Below are positions 9,970 through 20,257 of a DNA stretch of 64,000 nt, in pieces (the stretch's first letter is position 1; each line of letters begins with the position of its first letter). Source of the DNA: Candidatus Latescibacterota bacterium (GTDB lineage: Bacteria > Latescibacterota > MWCZ01); assembly GCA_022706085.1 (NCBI GenBank), contig JAKJDF010000003.1:338879-402878 (forward strand). The letters run 5' to 3'. A model generated the notes under the pieces. It was not told the DNA's origin. It saw only the letters and a list, made by a program, of their open reading frames with translations, and did not search any database. Made by a program: the position numbers and the translations under genes.

Positions 9970-10940
9970 TGGTAAGGAGACTCTGGCTTTCGGTCGCGTT
10001 GTTCGTGGTTGTCGCACAATCAGGGTGCATTCTCAATCCGGTCAAACCCGAGAAGAAAAACGTTCCCGAGCTCTTCCTGCAAGGGTTTCTGGTCGCTGGC
10101 GGGCCGATCGACAACATCATTCTCCGGAAGACAATCCCGCCGGAGATGTATTACGACTTCATGCCGCTGGGCAGGTACGCAGTGTCGGGCGCCGAAGTCG
10201 TGATTACCATCGACGGCGTTCCGCACCCGCTCCCAGAACTCCACGCGGGGACGTACGGTGACCCGAACCTGATTGCTCGCTCAGGGGCTACGTGCGAAAT
10301 CGAGGTGCGTTTCCCGGCAAACCACGAATTCGCCGGGCGGAGGTTGCACGGCACCACCACGATTCCAGAAAAGCCGCGTGCATCCGTAACAATTCACCCG
10401 TACTACGTCCAACGGGGAGCTCGTCTCGACGGCAATTCTCTCACCGGGCTCGTGTTTCCGCGCGAACTGTCTTACCCGGATTCTTTCGGCACCACTACGG
10501 AAAAGGAGCCGTTCCGACTTTCATGGCCGATAAGCGCCTCCGCGGCCGGGTACATGGTGGTGTCCACCGCGGTGGATACGCAGGGTACCGGGCTTCTGCG
10601 GCAACGAGATTACGAGGACTATCTTGATGGAAATTTCCGGGACCCCGTGAAGCGCCAGGCCAAGCGGTCAGCGGGATTCTACATTCTTCCCGATTCCTCA
10701 CAGAGCACCGTGTACTGGTTGCTGTTCAGTTACCGCGGTTGGCACGATGTGTCGATTGTGGCGTGCGACAGCGGGTACTGGGATTATATGGTGACGGTGC
10801 TCAATGACGCCGGAACCGGTGCTGATTCGGATGCCGGGGTGAAGCTGAACGTTCAGGGGGGGCTTGGGATTTTCTGTTCGTACGCTGCCGACACGACGCG
10901 TGCGTACATCCAGCCCGAGTGGCTTCCGTCAACCCGTTGA
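9969..10940 (+). CDS. DUF4249-like lipoprotein partner of the TonB-dependent receptor
   Basis: Signal peptide with lipobox (VVAQSG-C). Sits immediately downstream of a CarbopepD_reg TonB receptor with a TGATG overlap, the usual pairing. Confidence 0.55.
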   Translation: MVRRLWLSVALFVVVAQSGCILNPVKPEKKNVPELFLQGFLVAGGPIDNIILRKTIPPEMYYDFMPLGRYAVSGAEVVITIDGVPHPLPELHAGTYGDPNLIARSGATCEIEVRFPANHEFAGRRLHGTTTIPEKPRASVTIHPYYVQRGARLDGNSLTGLVFPRELSYPDSFGTTTEKEPFRLSWPISASAAGYMVVSTAVDTQGTGLLRQRDYEDYLDGNFRDPVKRQAKRSAGFYILPDSSQSTVYWLLFSYRGWHDVSIVACDSGYWDYMVTVLNDAGTGADSDAGVKLNVQGGLGIFCSYAADTTRAYIQPEWLPSTR

Positions 10941-10953
10941 CGGATGGAAACAG

Positions 10954-10980
10954 AAGGGCGCCCGAAAGGCGCCCTTTGTA
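10954..10980. terminator. bidirectional rho-independent terminator between convergent genes
   Basis: AAGGGCGCC-CGAAA-GGCGCCCTT hairpin followed by TGT; lies between the lipoprotein stop and the serS stop. Confidence 0.6.
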
Positions 10981-11009
10981 AGACCTGATGGCATGGCTCC
11001 GAATGTCCT

Positions 11010-12281
11010 CTACCGCGAGATTGTGTCCTGTCCGCCGAGGTAGGGCTTGAGCACTTCCGGAATCACTATGCTCCCATCCTCAAGCTGGTAGTTCTCCATT
11101 ATCGCAATCATCACGCGCGGCAACGCGAGTCCCGAGCCGTTCAGGGTGTGCACATATTCCGGCTTGGCGCTCGGGGCCGGCCGGTACCGGATATTTGCGC
11201 GCCTCGCCTGAAAGTCACGGAAATTGCTGCAGGAGCTGACCTCCAGCCATTCGCCGCAACCGGCTGCCCACACTTCCACATCGTATTTCATTGCCGCGGT
11301 GAAACTCAGATCGCCGGTGCACATCTGAACGATGCGATGGGGAAGCCCGAGTCCTCTGCACACATCCCGGGCATGCTCCACAAGAGAGGTCAGCTCCGCG
11401 TCAGAGGTCGCCGGCTCCACGAACTTCACCATCTCGACCTTATCAAACTCGTGGCCGCGCTTGATACCACGGACGTCCTTCCCTGCGGACATCTTCTCAC
11501 GACGGAAACACGGAGTATACGCCACGTGATAAAGCGGTAGTTGGGATTTCTCCAGCACTTCGCCAGCGTACAAGTTGGTGACAGGCACCTCCGCCGTGGG
11601 AACCAGCCAGAAGTCTTCCTCGGCGTCGTGGTAAAGGTTCTCACCGAACTTCGGAAGCTGACCGGTGCCTATCAGACATTCGTGTCGTACCACGGCGGGA
11701 GGGTAGACCTCCACGTACCCGTGCCTTGTCCTGTGGAGGTCGAGCATCCATGTGATAAGTGCGCGCTGGAGGCGGGCGCCATCTCCTACGAGAACGTAGA
11801 ACCTTGAGCCGCTTATTTTTACGCCGCGCTCAAAATCGAGAATTCCCAGGTCTGGTCCTATCTCCCAGTGGGGACGAGGCTCGAACGTGAACGTGGGAAG
11901 ATCGCCCTCCATGGCAGTCACGACGTTGTCTGATTCGTCTTTCCCCACCGGAACGTCGGGGTGGGGAAGGTTGGGTACCTCCAGCAGGCGGGCGTTGAGT
12001 TGCTCTTCCACCGCGCGCACCTGCTCATCGAGAACACCAATGCGATCGCTGACTTCACGCATCTCGAGAATCCGTGACTGCCGTTCCACCGAATCCTTGA
12101 CGGCGCTGATCGCCTTCGAAGCAGCATTGCGGCGCGCCTTGAGTTCCTCGACCTCGCGAATCAGGTTCCTTCGCGTCTCGTCAAGGGAGAGGATTTCGTC
12201 TATCGGCGCTTCCGTGAAAAGCTTCGCGATTTCCCGTCTGACGAAATCAGTCTGTTCTCTGATCAATCTCAGATCAATCAT
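11010..12281 (-). CDS. serS: seryl-tRNA synthetase
   Basis: N-terminal coiled-coil ([10 protein letters not shown]...), class II aaRS core ([12 protein letters not shown]). ATG at 12281; the track ORF extends to a TTG at 12299. Confidence 0.9.
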   Translation of the reverse strand: MIDLRLIREQTDFVRREIAKLFTEAPIDEILSLDETRRNLIREVEELKARRNAASKAISAVKDSVERQSRILEMREVSDRIGVLDEQVRAVEEQLNARLLEVPNLPHPDVPVGKDESDNVVTAMEGDLPTFTFEPRPHWEIGPDLGILDFERGVKISGSRFYVLVGDGARLQRALITWMLDLHRTRHGYVEVYPPAVVRHECLIGTGQLPKFGENLYHDAEEDFWLVPTAEVPVTNLYAGEVLEKSQLPLYHVAYTPCFRREKMSAGKDVRGIKRGHEFDKVEMVKFVEPATSDAELTSLVEHARDVCRGLGLPHRIVQMCTGDLSFTAAMKYDVEVWAAGCGEWLEVSSCSNFRDFQARRANIRYRPAPSAKPEYVHTLNGSGLALPRVMIAIMENYQLEDGSIVIPEVLKPYLGGQDTISR

Positions 12282-12327
12282 GGCTACGTCTCTCCGCAAT
12301 GCCGTGCGAAATGTACCGGCAGCACAA

Positions 12328-13407
12328 TCAATCGTCTTCCGCCGACGGATGCTGAAGCTGATTTGCGCGGTCCGCCATCCGTAACGCTTCTATGAGTTCG
12401 TCAAGGTTCCCATCAAGTATCTCGCTCAGGTTGTGCACCGTCAACTTGATTCGGTGGTCGGTGACGCGGCTCTGCGGGAAGTTGTACGTCCGTATCTTCT
12501 CGCTCCGCTCACCCGTACCAACCTGCGCCCTCCGCGCGGCGGCCTCTTCAGATTGCTGCTGGGTAATCGCGCGGTCAAGAAGACGCGCGCGGAGCACCTT
12601 CATGGCCTTCGCTTTGTTTTTCAGCTGCGAACGTTCGTCCTGGCACTGGACGACAAGCCCCGTGGGTAGATGGGTGATCCTGATTGCCGAATCCGCGGTG
12701 TTCACGCTCTGCCCTCCGGGGCCGCTGGAGCGGAACACATCTATCCTCAGATCTGCCGGGTCAATCTCCACTTCCACATCGTCGGCTTCGGGCAGCACCG
12801 CGACGGAAGCAGTACTGGTGTGTATTCTGCCCTGCGCCTCGGTTGCAGGCACACGCTGAACCCTGTGAACGCCGCTCTCGTATTTCAGGCGGCCGTACGC
12901 GCCTTCTCCCGAAATCTGGGCGATGACTTCTTTCAGTCCGCCCGCAGAGGCTTCGCTCGTGCTCATGACCTCAAGCGACCACCCCTTGGATTCTGCATAC
13001 CGGGAATACATGCGAAAAAGGTCCGCCGCAAACAACGCTGCCTCGTCGCCGCCGGTGCCGCCGCGGATCTCCAGAATCGTGTTTCTGTCGTCGTTCGGAT
13101 CCTTGGGAATCAGTTGTTCCCTGAGCGTCTCTTCAAGAGTTGCCACGCGATCTTCCAGAACGGCGATCTCTTCCTTCGCCAAAGCGATGAGGTCGCGGTC
13201 CTGTTCCTCTTCCAAAATTCGCCGGGCTTCCGCAAGCTGGGCGAGTACGTCCGCGTACCGCCGGCCCGTTTCCACGATCGGTGCAAGCTGCCGGTGTTCT
13301 TTCGCGAGCTTCTGGTACTGGGCGATATCCGCCGTTGCTGCCGGATCGGAGAGAAGCCGCTCGATCTCGGTGAACCGAGTCTCAATGGCGGCGAGGCGAT
13401 CCAACAT
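12328..13407 (-). CDS. prfA: peptide chain release factor 1
   Basis: GGQ motif ([10 protein letters not shown]), PxT-type RF1 sequence. GAGGAAGG RBS. Confidence 0.9.
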   Translation of the reverse strand: MLDRLAAIETRFTEIERLLSDPAATADIAQYQKLAKEHRQLAPIVETGRRYADVLAQLAEARRILEEEQDRDLIALAKEEIAVLEDRVATLEETLREQLIPKDPNDDRNTILEIRGGTGGDEAALFAADLFRMYSRYAESKGWSLEVMSTSEASAGGLKEVIAQISGEGAYGRLKYESGVHRVQRVPATEAQGRIHTSTASVAVLPEADDVEVEIDPADLRIDVFRSSGPGGQSVNTADSAIRITHLPTGLVVQCQDERSQLKNKAKAMKVLRARLLDRAITQQQSEEAAARRAQVGTGERSEKIRTYNFPQSRVTDHRIKLTVHNLSEILDGNLDELIEALRMADRANQLQHPSAEDD

Positions 13408-13432
13408 TTCCCTGTTCCTTCCTCTATATCAT

Positions 13433-14419
13433 TCAGGCGGCGCGACTTACCGGGCCACTGGTTTGCTTTGGAAGACCGACGGCTGCGCACACAGCGGCAA
13501 TAGCGACTGAAAGCTGATCATCGTCCGGTTCGCGTGTCGTGAGACGCTGCAACCAGAGTCCCGGTTTCGAAATGTAACGCGCCCAGCGTGAATTCCGGGA
13601 TTTTCCCGTCGCCTTCAAAACCTCGTAGCCAAGACCCGCAACGACCGGGAGACAGGCGAGGTGCAGGAGAAAACGCGTCTGGAGACCCGGCCACTTGCCC
13701 GCACAAACTGCGTAGAAGGAGTCAGTCATCGCGTAGAACGCAATCGCCACCGCCACGACGAGGAAAACGAAACTGGTTCCGCAACGGGGATGGAAACGCG
13801 AGAACCTTCTTGCCGTCTCCGCCGTGAGTTCCGAGTCCAATCCCGATTCGAACGCGGCCACTGCCTTGTGTTCCGCGCCGTGGTACGCAAACACGCGCTT
13901 CACGTCCGCGATTTTTCCAATCGCCCAGAGGTAGAAAAGAAACACCAGAATGCGTACTGTGCCGGCGAACAGATTGTACGCCACCGGATGGTTGGTCAGG
14001 CCGGCGAGAGTGGCGAATGCCATAGGCAGGAACACAAAAAGGCCAACCCCGAGCACGAACGATACCACAAAAAGAAGCGCCTCCGCCGGCGATACCCGAT
14101 CCTTCACAGGGGTATCGCACCCATCGGAGGCTGCGACGTTCGCGCTGTACGTCAAAGCATTCAGGCCGATGCCAAGCATTTCAAAAAAAGAAACGACGCC
14201 ACGCAAAACGGGCAGCGATAACCCGCGTCGGCGCGCCGCCAGGTTCACGTAGCCCCGGGTTTCAACGGTGATTCCACGAGGCGTGCGCAAGGCGATGGCA
14301 ATGAGCCGGGGAGAACGTATCATGACCCCTTCGATCAGCGCCTGGCCGCCGACCGAAAGATCGAGCCTGGTTCTGTCTGTATTCGAATCCGTGCAACGTT
14401 CGGGGCGTGGAGGTTCCAT
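13433..14419 (-). CDS. DUF1385 family membrane protein (YqhQ-like)
   Basis: VGGQALIEGVMIRSP N-terminus and YHGAEHK motif typical of DUF1385. Conserved position between rpmE and prfA. Confidence 0.75.
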   Translation of the reverse strand: MEPPRPERCTDSNTDRTRLDLSVGGQALIEGVMIRSPRLIAIALRTPRGITVETRGYVNLAARRRGLSLPVLRGVVSFFEMLGIGLNALTYSANVAASDGCDTPVKDRVSPAEALLFVVSFVLGVGLFVFLPMAFATLAGLTNHPVAYNLFAGTVRILVFLFYLWAIGKIADVKRVFAYHGAEHKAVAAFESGLDSELTAETARRFSRFHPRCGTSFVFLVVAVAIAFYAMTDSFYAVCAGKWPGLQTRFLLHLACLPVVAGLGYEVLKATGKSRNSRWARYISKPGLWLQRLTTREPDDDQLSVAIAAVCAAVGLPKQTSGPVSRAA

Positions 14420-14431
14420 TCTGCCCGGCGG

Positions 14432-14641
14432 TTACTTCGCTTCCGAACGGTTGTACCGACGTCGGAAGGCATCTACTCTTCCCGCAGTGTCGATAAGTTT
14501 CTGCTTGCCGGTGAAGAATGGGTGGCATGCACCGCAGATTTCGACGCGAAGGTTCTTCTTCGTTGAGGACGTCTGAACGACGTTACCGCACGCGCAGGCG
14601 ATGGTTGTGGCGTGATATTCAGGATGGATTCCGGATTTCAT
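14432..14641 (-). CDS. rpmE: 50S ribosomal protein L31
   Basis: [10 protein letters not shown]..., CxxC...C...HPFFTG: classic L31. Confidence 0.9.
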   Translation of the reverse strand: MKSGIHPEYHATTIACACGNVVQTSSTKKNLRVEICGACHPFFTGKQKLIDTAGRVDAFRRRYNRSEAK

Positions 14642-14771
14642 AGGGAGTGCTCCACAGGTTCCAAGGGGTCCACATGGTTTTCTGCTAAAGCAGAATCAAC
14701 TTCTGAATATAACTTTCGCCGCGCCTTCCGGCAAAATTCTGGCGATCGGCTGAGTGCGCCGGTTGCGTCGA

Positions 14772-16097
14772 TCAGCCGTTCATCATGTCAAGGAATTCGT
14801 GATTGGTCTTTGTGCCGTGCATCCGGTCGATCAGGAATTCCATTGCCTCCGCCGAACTCATTTGCGCCAGGAACTTGCGGAGGATCCATACACGGTGCAG
14901 TTCGAATTCGGTGAGAAGGAGTTCCTCGCGACGCGTTCCTGACTTGTTGACGTCAATTGCGGGGAAAATGCGACGATCCGAAAGCTTACGGTCGAGCACG
15001 AGTTCCATGTTGCCCGTTCCCTTGAACTCCTCGAAAATCACCTCGTCCATACGGCTTCCTGTGTCAATAAGCGCGGTGGCGATGATCGTAAGCGAACCAC
15101 CCTCTTCGATGTTTCGCGCGGCTCCGAAAAACCGCTTCGGGCCATGTAACGCGTTCGCATCTACGCCGCCGGAGAGGATTTTCCCGGAGTGAGGCACCAC
15201 CGTATTGTGGGCGCGGGCAAGCCTGGTGATGCTGTCAAGTAGAATCACCACATCATGCCCGTATTCAACCAGCCGCCGTGCCTTCTCGATAACCATGTCC
15301 GAAACCTGCACGTGGCGGTTCGGCGGTTCGTCAAACGTGGAGCTGATCACCTCGCCATCCACCGACCGTTGCATGTCAGTCACTTCTTCGGGCCGTTCAT
15401 CGATCAGCAGAACGATCAGCTTGATATCAGGGTGATTGTGCGTGATCGCATTTGCGATCTTCTGCAGAAGCATGGTCTTGCCGGCCTTCGGTGGCGAAAC
15501 GATAAGGCCTCGCTGGCCCATGCCTATGGGCGCGAGAAGGTTGACGATGCGCGTCGAAAGCTCGTTCGGATAATGTTCCAGATTAATCCGGCGGTTCGGG
15601 AAAAGCGGGGTGAGGTTATCGAAAAGCGTTTTCTCTTTGGCGAGATCGGGGTTCTCAAAATTGACCGCCTCCACGCGAAGCAACGCAAAATGCCGCTCGT
15701 TCTCTTTCGGTGGACGGATTTGGCCGCTGACCGTGTCGCCCGTTCGAAGGCCGAAACGTTTGATCTGCGACTGGCTGACGTAGATGTCATCCGGGCCCGG
15801 CAGGTAGTTGTAATCTGGCGACCGGAGGAAGCCATTCCCCTGCTCCAGAATCTCGAGCACACCCTCAGCGAATATGAAACCACTTTTCGCAGTTTCCGCC
15901 TCCAGAATCTTGAAAATGAGTTCCTGTTTGCGGTAGCTGGTGTACTCGGGTATGCCGAGCGCGTGCGCCATTTCATGGAGCTCGGCGATGGTCTTCTTCT
16001 TCAATTCGATGATGTTCAAGGGTGTGCCTCCGGCAGGAGATTTGGTGGAACCTCGGGCTTTGCGTTTAGGTCGGGGGCCCATAAAGGGGCATTCCAT
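14772..16097 (-). CDS. rho: transcription termination factor Rho
   Basis: Walker A PKAGKT, RecA-like core, Rho N-terminal RNA-binding region. An alternative ATG lies 5 codons downstream. Confidence 0.9.
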   Translation of the reverse strand: MECPFMGPRPKRKARGSTKSPAGGTPLNIIELKKKTIAELHEMAHALGIPEYTSYRKQELIFKILEAETAKSGFIFAEGVLEILEQGNGFLRSPDYNYLPGPDDIYVSQSQIKRFGLRTGDTVSGQIRPPKENERHFALLRVEAVNFENPDLAKEKTLFDNLTPLFPNRRINLEHYPNELSTRIVNLLAPIGMGQRGLIVSPPKAGKTMLLQKIANAITHNHPDIKLIVLLIDERPEEVTDMQRSVDGEVISSTFDEPPNRHVQVSDMVIEKARRLVEYGHDVVILLDSITRLARAHNTVVPHSGKILSGGVDANALHGPKRFFGAARNIEEGGSLTIIATALIDTGSRMDEVIFEEFKGTGNMELVLDRKLSDRRIFPAIDVNKSGTRREELLLTEFELHRVWILRKFLAQMSSAEAMEFLIDRMHGTKTNHEFLDMMNG

Positions 16098-16428
16098 TTA
16101 AGCTCGTTCTGGATACGCATACCCAACGTACCAGGGCGAGTCCTGCTGATGCGTTCGGGAAGCCAGAGAAACGATTGTCGAATGGAAGTCAGGTCTTCTG
16201 GTCGTCCTTGCCTGTTGTTCGCGTTCGCAAAAGACAGTTCGACGCGCAATAAGCGAACGATACAAGACCCGCCGACACAATCAGAGTTGTGCCGCTACCA
16301 TACTTCCTTCCAAATGGTATCTCAAGGGCATTCGTCAAGAGGTTACTTGACAGGCGAACAGTAAGAAAGCTCATGGAAAATTGCGGGGTAATTGCGTGTT
16401 TTTAACATAGGGCCTTGAGCCGGAAGTG

Positions 16429-19116
16429 TCAAGTCCGCTCATTTCCGATCACGCGAAGAATAGACTCGCGGACTTTCTCACTTTCTGCGGCGTCGACCAG
16501 TTTCTTCCCGGAACTCGTTACTACATAAAACGCGTCTGCTACGCGATCCCCATCTGTTCCGATACGGGCCATACTAATATCGAGCCCGTTCTCCGAAATC
16601 GCTCTGCTGATGTCGTAAAGCAACCCGATCCTGTCTATTGCAAACACATCAATCACCGTATTGGTTTCACTCACGGTGTTGTCGATCACTACGTGAGAAG
16701 GTGCCACGCCCGCTTTGGGCTTGATCCGTGCCCATCGTCTTCGATGGCGCGCTATGAGTTCTGCAACCGCGGTCTGCCCTGTCCACACGGTTCGGAACGT
16801 CTCGCGAAGAGTATTCACGAACACCTCGTCCCGTATGTCGCTCTCTCCCACCACCTCTACTCCGAATACGTCAACGATGATTCCGTCCGTGCGCGTATAC
16901 GCATCTGCGTAAAGAATATTGAGATTATTGACGGCGAGGACACCGCAGATGTCGCTGAGGAGGTACCTCCGGTCCCTCGTGTACACGATCACGCGTGCGT
17001 GGTTACCTGCGGGCGTTACATCCACCAGCACAGGTTCATTTTTCAGGGAATCCGCTCGCAGTGCGTGGGTAGCTGCTTCGTCCAGGGAGTGCATCAGCGA
17101 ATAGCGTCGCGGCATACCCGAAAGATGTCGCTCTGCCGCTTCTTCGCCGATTCGTTCGGAAAGAAGGTTGCGGAACTTCTGAGGGCTCTCCAGTGTGCGA
17201 AGCGCGGCAAACTCTGGCCCGAGCCCGCGCGTTTCCACAACCTCGCGAAGACGTTGATAAAGGGTATCCAGAAGCTGACATTTCCATCGCGAAAGCGGCC
17301 GCGCCTGGGTCGCGTTCATGTCCGCCCACGTAAGCACGTACAGCATGTCAAGCGTGTCGGTGTCGCTGAAACGCTCCGCCTCGGCCCTTACCATCGCGAG
17401 ATCATCGATATCCCGTCGTTGCGACAGATGGCTTAACCGAAGATGGTGCGCCACCAGAAAGGCAACCAGATCCTGGTCGGCTTTTTCAAGACCGAGTCTA
17501 CGTGTGATGGTAATCGACATCTCGGCACCACGCTCTGCGTGCCCATGCCCGCCGGACTTGCCCACGTCGTGCAGAAGCGCCGCAAGATGGAGGAGATGTT
17601 TCCTCGGGAGGGAACGGTACACCGTCGCCACCCGCGAGTCCTGGCCAGTTGACGCGAGCTCGCTCAACCGGTCAATCACGACAATGGAGTGCTCGTCCGC
17701 CGTGTAGGCGTGGTAGTAGTCATGCTGTACCTGACAGGTCAAGCGTCCGAACTCAGGAACAAACGCGCCCAGCAAACCTGTCCAGTGCATACGGCGAAGG
17801 ACCGCCCCCAGATGCGCCGGTTCACTCAGGATTGACAGAAAGACAGCCGCATTCCCCGGATCCGTTCGGAAGTCTTCGTCGACCAGTGCGAGTTCGTCGT
17901 AAATCGCCCACGATGCCGTCTCGCTCATCATGGCACCAAAGCGTTGCATGTTGGCGAAGAGGCTCAACAATCGGCGCGGGTTGGTGGTGAAAAAGTCTTT
18001 CCTGCGCCTGGGAAGGAGGATTTTTCCGCGGACGTAAACGGCCCCATCCGGGAGCACCCGCCGCCGGACAATATCGGTTACAGTCTGGATCCCGCGCGGC
18101 CGGCGGAGTGCCTGATGACACACCGCATCGGATATCCGGACGATCTCCCGCGCTGCGAGATAATAATCCCGCATGAAATGCTCCACTCCCAGTGCCGCAG
18201 CGTCGTCCCGGTATCCGAATGCGGCAGCCACCCTGGGCTGAGCCGAAAAATCGAGTCGGTCGTGTTTCCTCTTGTGTACGAAGTGAAGCTCGTTGCGCAC
18301 CTTCCAGAGCAGATCAATCGACTGCTCCAGAAGACGGAAATCCCGTTTGGATATCAGATGATGCTCCACAAGCGCCTCAAGCGAAGCAGTTCCATGCCTT
18401 GCACTCGCAATCCATTGCAGAGCATGAACGTCTCGAAGGCCTCCGGTAGATTCCTTGACGTCCGGTTCCAGCACCTGGGCGTACGAACCGTGCGCCTCAC
18501 GCCGCGTGTGGAGCTGACGAACGATCTTCTCCGAAAACTCCCAGCCGCCGTCCGCCATGAAACGCGCACGAAAATTGTTGACAAACCGACCGAACAAGGG
18601 TTCGAGCCCGGCGAGAAAACGCGCGTCTACGACTGCAGTCTGCGCGATGTCGTCCCTGGAAGCAAAGTCCAGAGTGCTCTGCAAACTTCTGGCGGAATGG
18701 CCAAGATCAAACCCTACGTCCCAGAGCAGATGCAAAACCCCGTGCACAATCGGAGAGTGGTCCGGTACCTCGTCCGCGAACAGGAACAACAGATCAACAT
18801 CCGAGCAGATGTTCAGGGCGCCCCTGCCGTACCCGCCGAGAGCGATTACTGCACACTCTCCCGGAGTACCCTCCCCGTTGAGCATAACCGCCCGGTATGC
18901 CTCGATGACAACCGCATCCACCGCGGCGGTCCATTGCTGAACCACATGATGTCCGGAAGCGCCAGCCCGGTGCTCGTAGTGCAAACGCTCACGTTCCCGC
19001 TCAACGAATTCCCGGAAGATCCGCAACTGAATAGAAGTGCTTTTCTCCTCCGAATAACCCTTCGCGTGCGCTTCCCGAGTCAGCAGTTCCAAGCTCTGAC
19101 GCAAATCGGTCATCAT
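16429..19116 (-). CDS. glnD: [protein-PII] uridylyltransferase / uridylyl-removing enzyme
   Basis: Nucleotidyltransferase block GGYGRGALNICSDVDLLFL, HD domain (HDVGK), two C-terminal ACT-like domains, 895 aa. Confidence 0.85.
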   Translation of the reverse strand: MMTDLRQSLELLTREAHAKGYSEEKSTSIQLRIFREFVERERERLHYEHRAGASGHHVVQQWTAAVDAVVIEAYRAVMLNGEGTPGECAVIALGGYGRGALNICSDVDLLFLFADEVPDHSPIVHGVLHLLWDVGFDLGHSARSLQSTLDFASRDDIAQTAVVDARFLAGLEPLFGRFVNNFRARFMADGGWEFSEKIVRQLHTRREAHGSYAQVLEPDVKESTGGLRDVHALQWIASARHGTASLEALVEHHLISKRDFRLLEQSIDLLWKVRNELHFVHKRKHDRLDFSAQPRVAAAFGYRDDAAALGVEHFMRDYYLAAREIVRISDAVCHQALRRPRGIQTVTDIVRRRVLPDGAVYVRGKILLPRRRKDFFTTNPRRLLSLFANMQRFGAMMSETASWAIYDELALVDEDFRTDPGNAAVFLSILSEPAHLGAVLRRMHWTGLLGAFVPEFGRLTCQVQHDYYHAYTADEHSIVVIDRLSELASTGQDSRVATVYRSLPRKHLLHLAALLHDVGKSGGHGHAERGAEMSITITRRLGLEKADQDLVAFLVAHHLRLSHLSQRRDIDDLAMVRAEAERFSDTDTLDMLYVLTWADMNATQARPLSRWKCQLLDTLYQRLREVVETRGLGPEFAALRTLESPQKFRNLLSERIGEEAAERHLSGMPRRYSLMHSLDEAATHALRADSLKNEPVLVDVTPAGNHARVIVYTRDRRYLLSDICGVLAVNNLNILYADAYTRTDGIIVDVFGVEVVGESDIRDEVFVNTLRETFRTVWTGQTAVAELIARHRRRWARIKPKAGVAPSHVVIDNTVSETNTVIDVFAIDRIGLLYDISRAISENGLDISMARIGTDGDRVADAFYVVTSSGKKLVDAAESEKVRESILRVIGNERT

Positions 19117-19174
19117 TGGCGGGGCGCCCGTCTGGGAATGTTGTTCCGAGTGGGATATTTGCGTAACGTGAACG

Positions 19175-19990
19175 CTATGGTGCGGTTACCGAACCGGTGA
19201 ATGCAACATCGGCATTGCCCTCAAGGAACACGTCTTCCGCGTGTTCTCCCCGATTCACGAAATGAATCGTCAACGGCAACCCGCTTTGAGTGATGCCGAC
19301 AACCGGAGAATCGAAAAGCCCGAGAAACGATCCGATGATAGCCGCAGCAGTCGTGCCGGTTCCACAGGCGAGCGTTTCGTCCTCCACGCCCCGTTCATAC
19401 GTTCTGATGCGGAACGTGTGCCTGTCCAGAGGGGTGATGAAATTGGCGTTTGTGCCCGCGGGTCGGAACACTTCGTGGTACCGTATCTCGCGCCCGATGC
19501 CAACCACGTCCACGGCGTCAACATCAGCGACGACCTCCACCGCGTGAGGGACTCCGGTGTTGAGCGTGTGCAGTGTTCGCGTCCCTCCGGAGAGCTCAAC
19601 GCAGGTGTTCAGCGAAAGTGAATGCGGCGGGGTCATCTGAAGCTTCACGTTTGCACCCCGGATTTCCGCCTCATGCGTTCCGGCGGCTGATACGAAACGC
19701 ATCCGGGCAGGGGCGATTCCGTGGAGGTACGCGAAGCGGGCGATACAACGACCGCCATTGCCGCACATTTCCGCTTCGCCGCCGTCAGCATTGTAATACC
19801 GCATTCGGAAATGCGCGTTCTCGGTATTCTCCAGAAGGAGGACACCGTCGGCCCCCACGGATAGCCTGCGCCGGCATACGTCGCGAACGAATTTCGCTCT
19901 TGGTTGGCCCTCAGGCAGGGAGGCGTTCCGGTTATCGACTACCACAAAATCGTTGCCTGCTCCGACCATTTTTGTGAACTGAATGTCCAA
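19175..19990 (-). CDS. dapF: diaminopimelate epimerase
   Basis: QFTKMVGAGNDFVVVD N-terminus and GNGxRC active-site blocks. A TTG start at 19990 matches the conserved N-terminus; an in-frame ATG is at 19969. Confidence 0.85.
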   Translation of the reverse strand: MDIQFTKMVGAGNDFVVVDNRNASLPEGQPRAKFVRDVCRRRLSVGADGVLLLENTENAHFRMRYYNADGGEAEMCGNGGRCIARFAYLHGIAPARMRFVSAAGTHEAEIRGANVKLQMTPPHSLSLNTCVELSGGTRTLHTLNTGVPHAVEVVADVDAVDVVGIGREIRYHEVFRPAGTNANFITPLDRHTFRIRTYERGVEDETLACGTGTTAAAIIGSFLGLFDSPVVGITQSGLPLTIHFVNRGEHAEDVFLEGNADVAFTGSVTAP

Positions 19991-20257
19991 TGCAGTGTCC
20001 TCGAGTACGTTCCGGCAGGTGGCAGATTGGCGTTCGTGGGAGAAAGACTTCCGGGAAACGGAAAGTGATTGACACTATCAGAAAATCGCCCTCGGAGACT
20101 GTTAACGTCAAGGGCTCATCCGGCGTCAGCGGCTTGTGCAAAACGCAGTGACTGTTGCATTTTCAACACTGCGGGAGGCCAGCGCTCATCTAGGCCCTGA
20201 AAAAGGACTCCGGGCGCACAGGTACAGGCTTTTGTAACCTTGCAGGAGACAACCGAA

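Noticed and set aside
14642-14771. TTCTGC-TAAA-GCAGAA hairpin between rho and rpmE
   Set aside because: Short 6-bp stem without a convincing U-tract on the relevant (minus) strand. Could be a weak attenuator, but the evidence is insufficient.
15255-16364. 369-aa plus-strand ORF
   Set aside because: Antisense shadow of rho.
16098-16428. 330-nt untranslated region upstream of rho
   Set aside because: Long rho leaders are normal (autoregulatory attenuation). No repeats or RNA-gene hallmarks seen.
16426-19200. Plus-strand ORFs of 336 aa and 418 aa (16426-17436, 17944-19200)
   Set aside because: Both lie antisense within glnD. Arg/His-rich junk translations.
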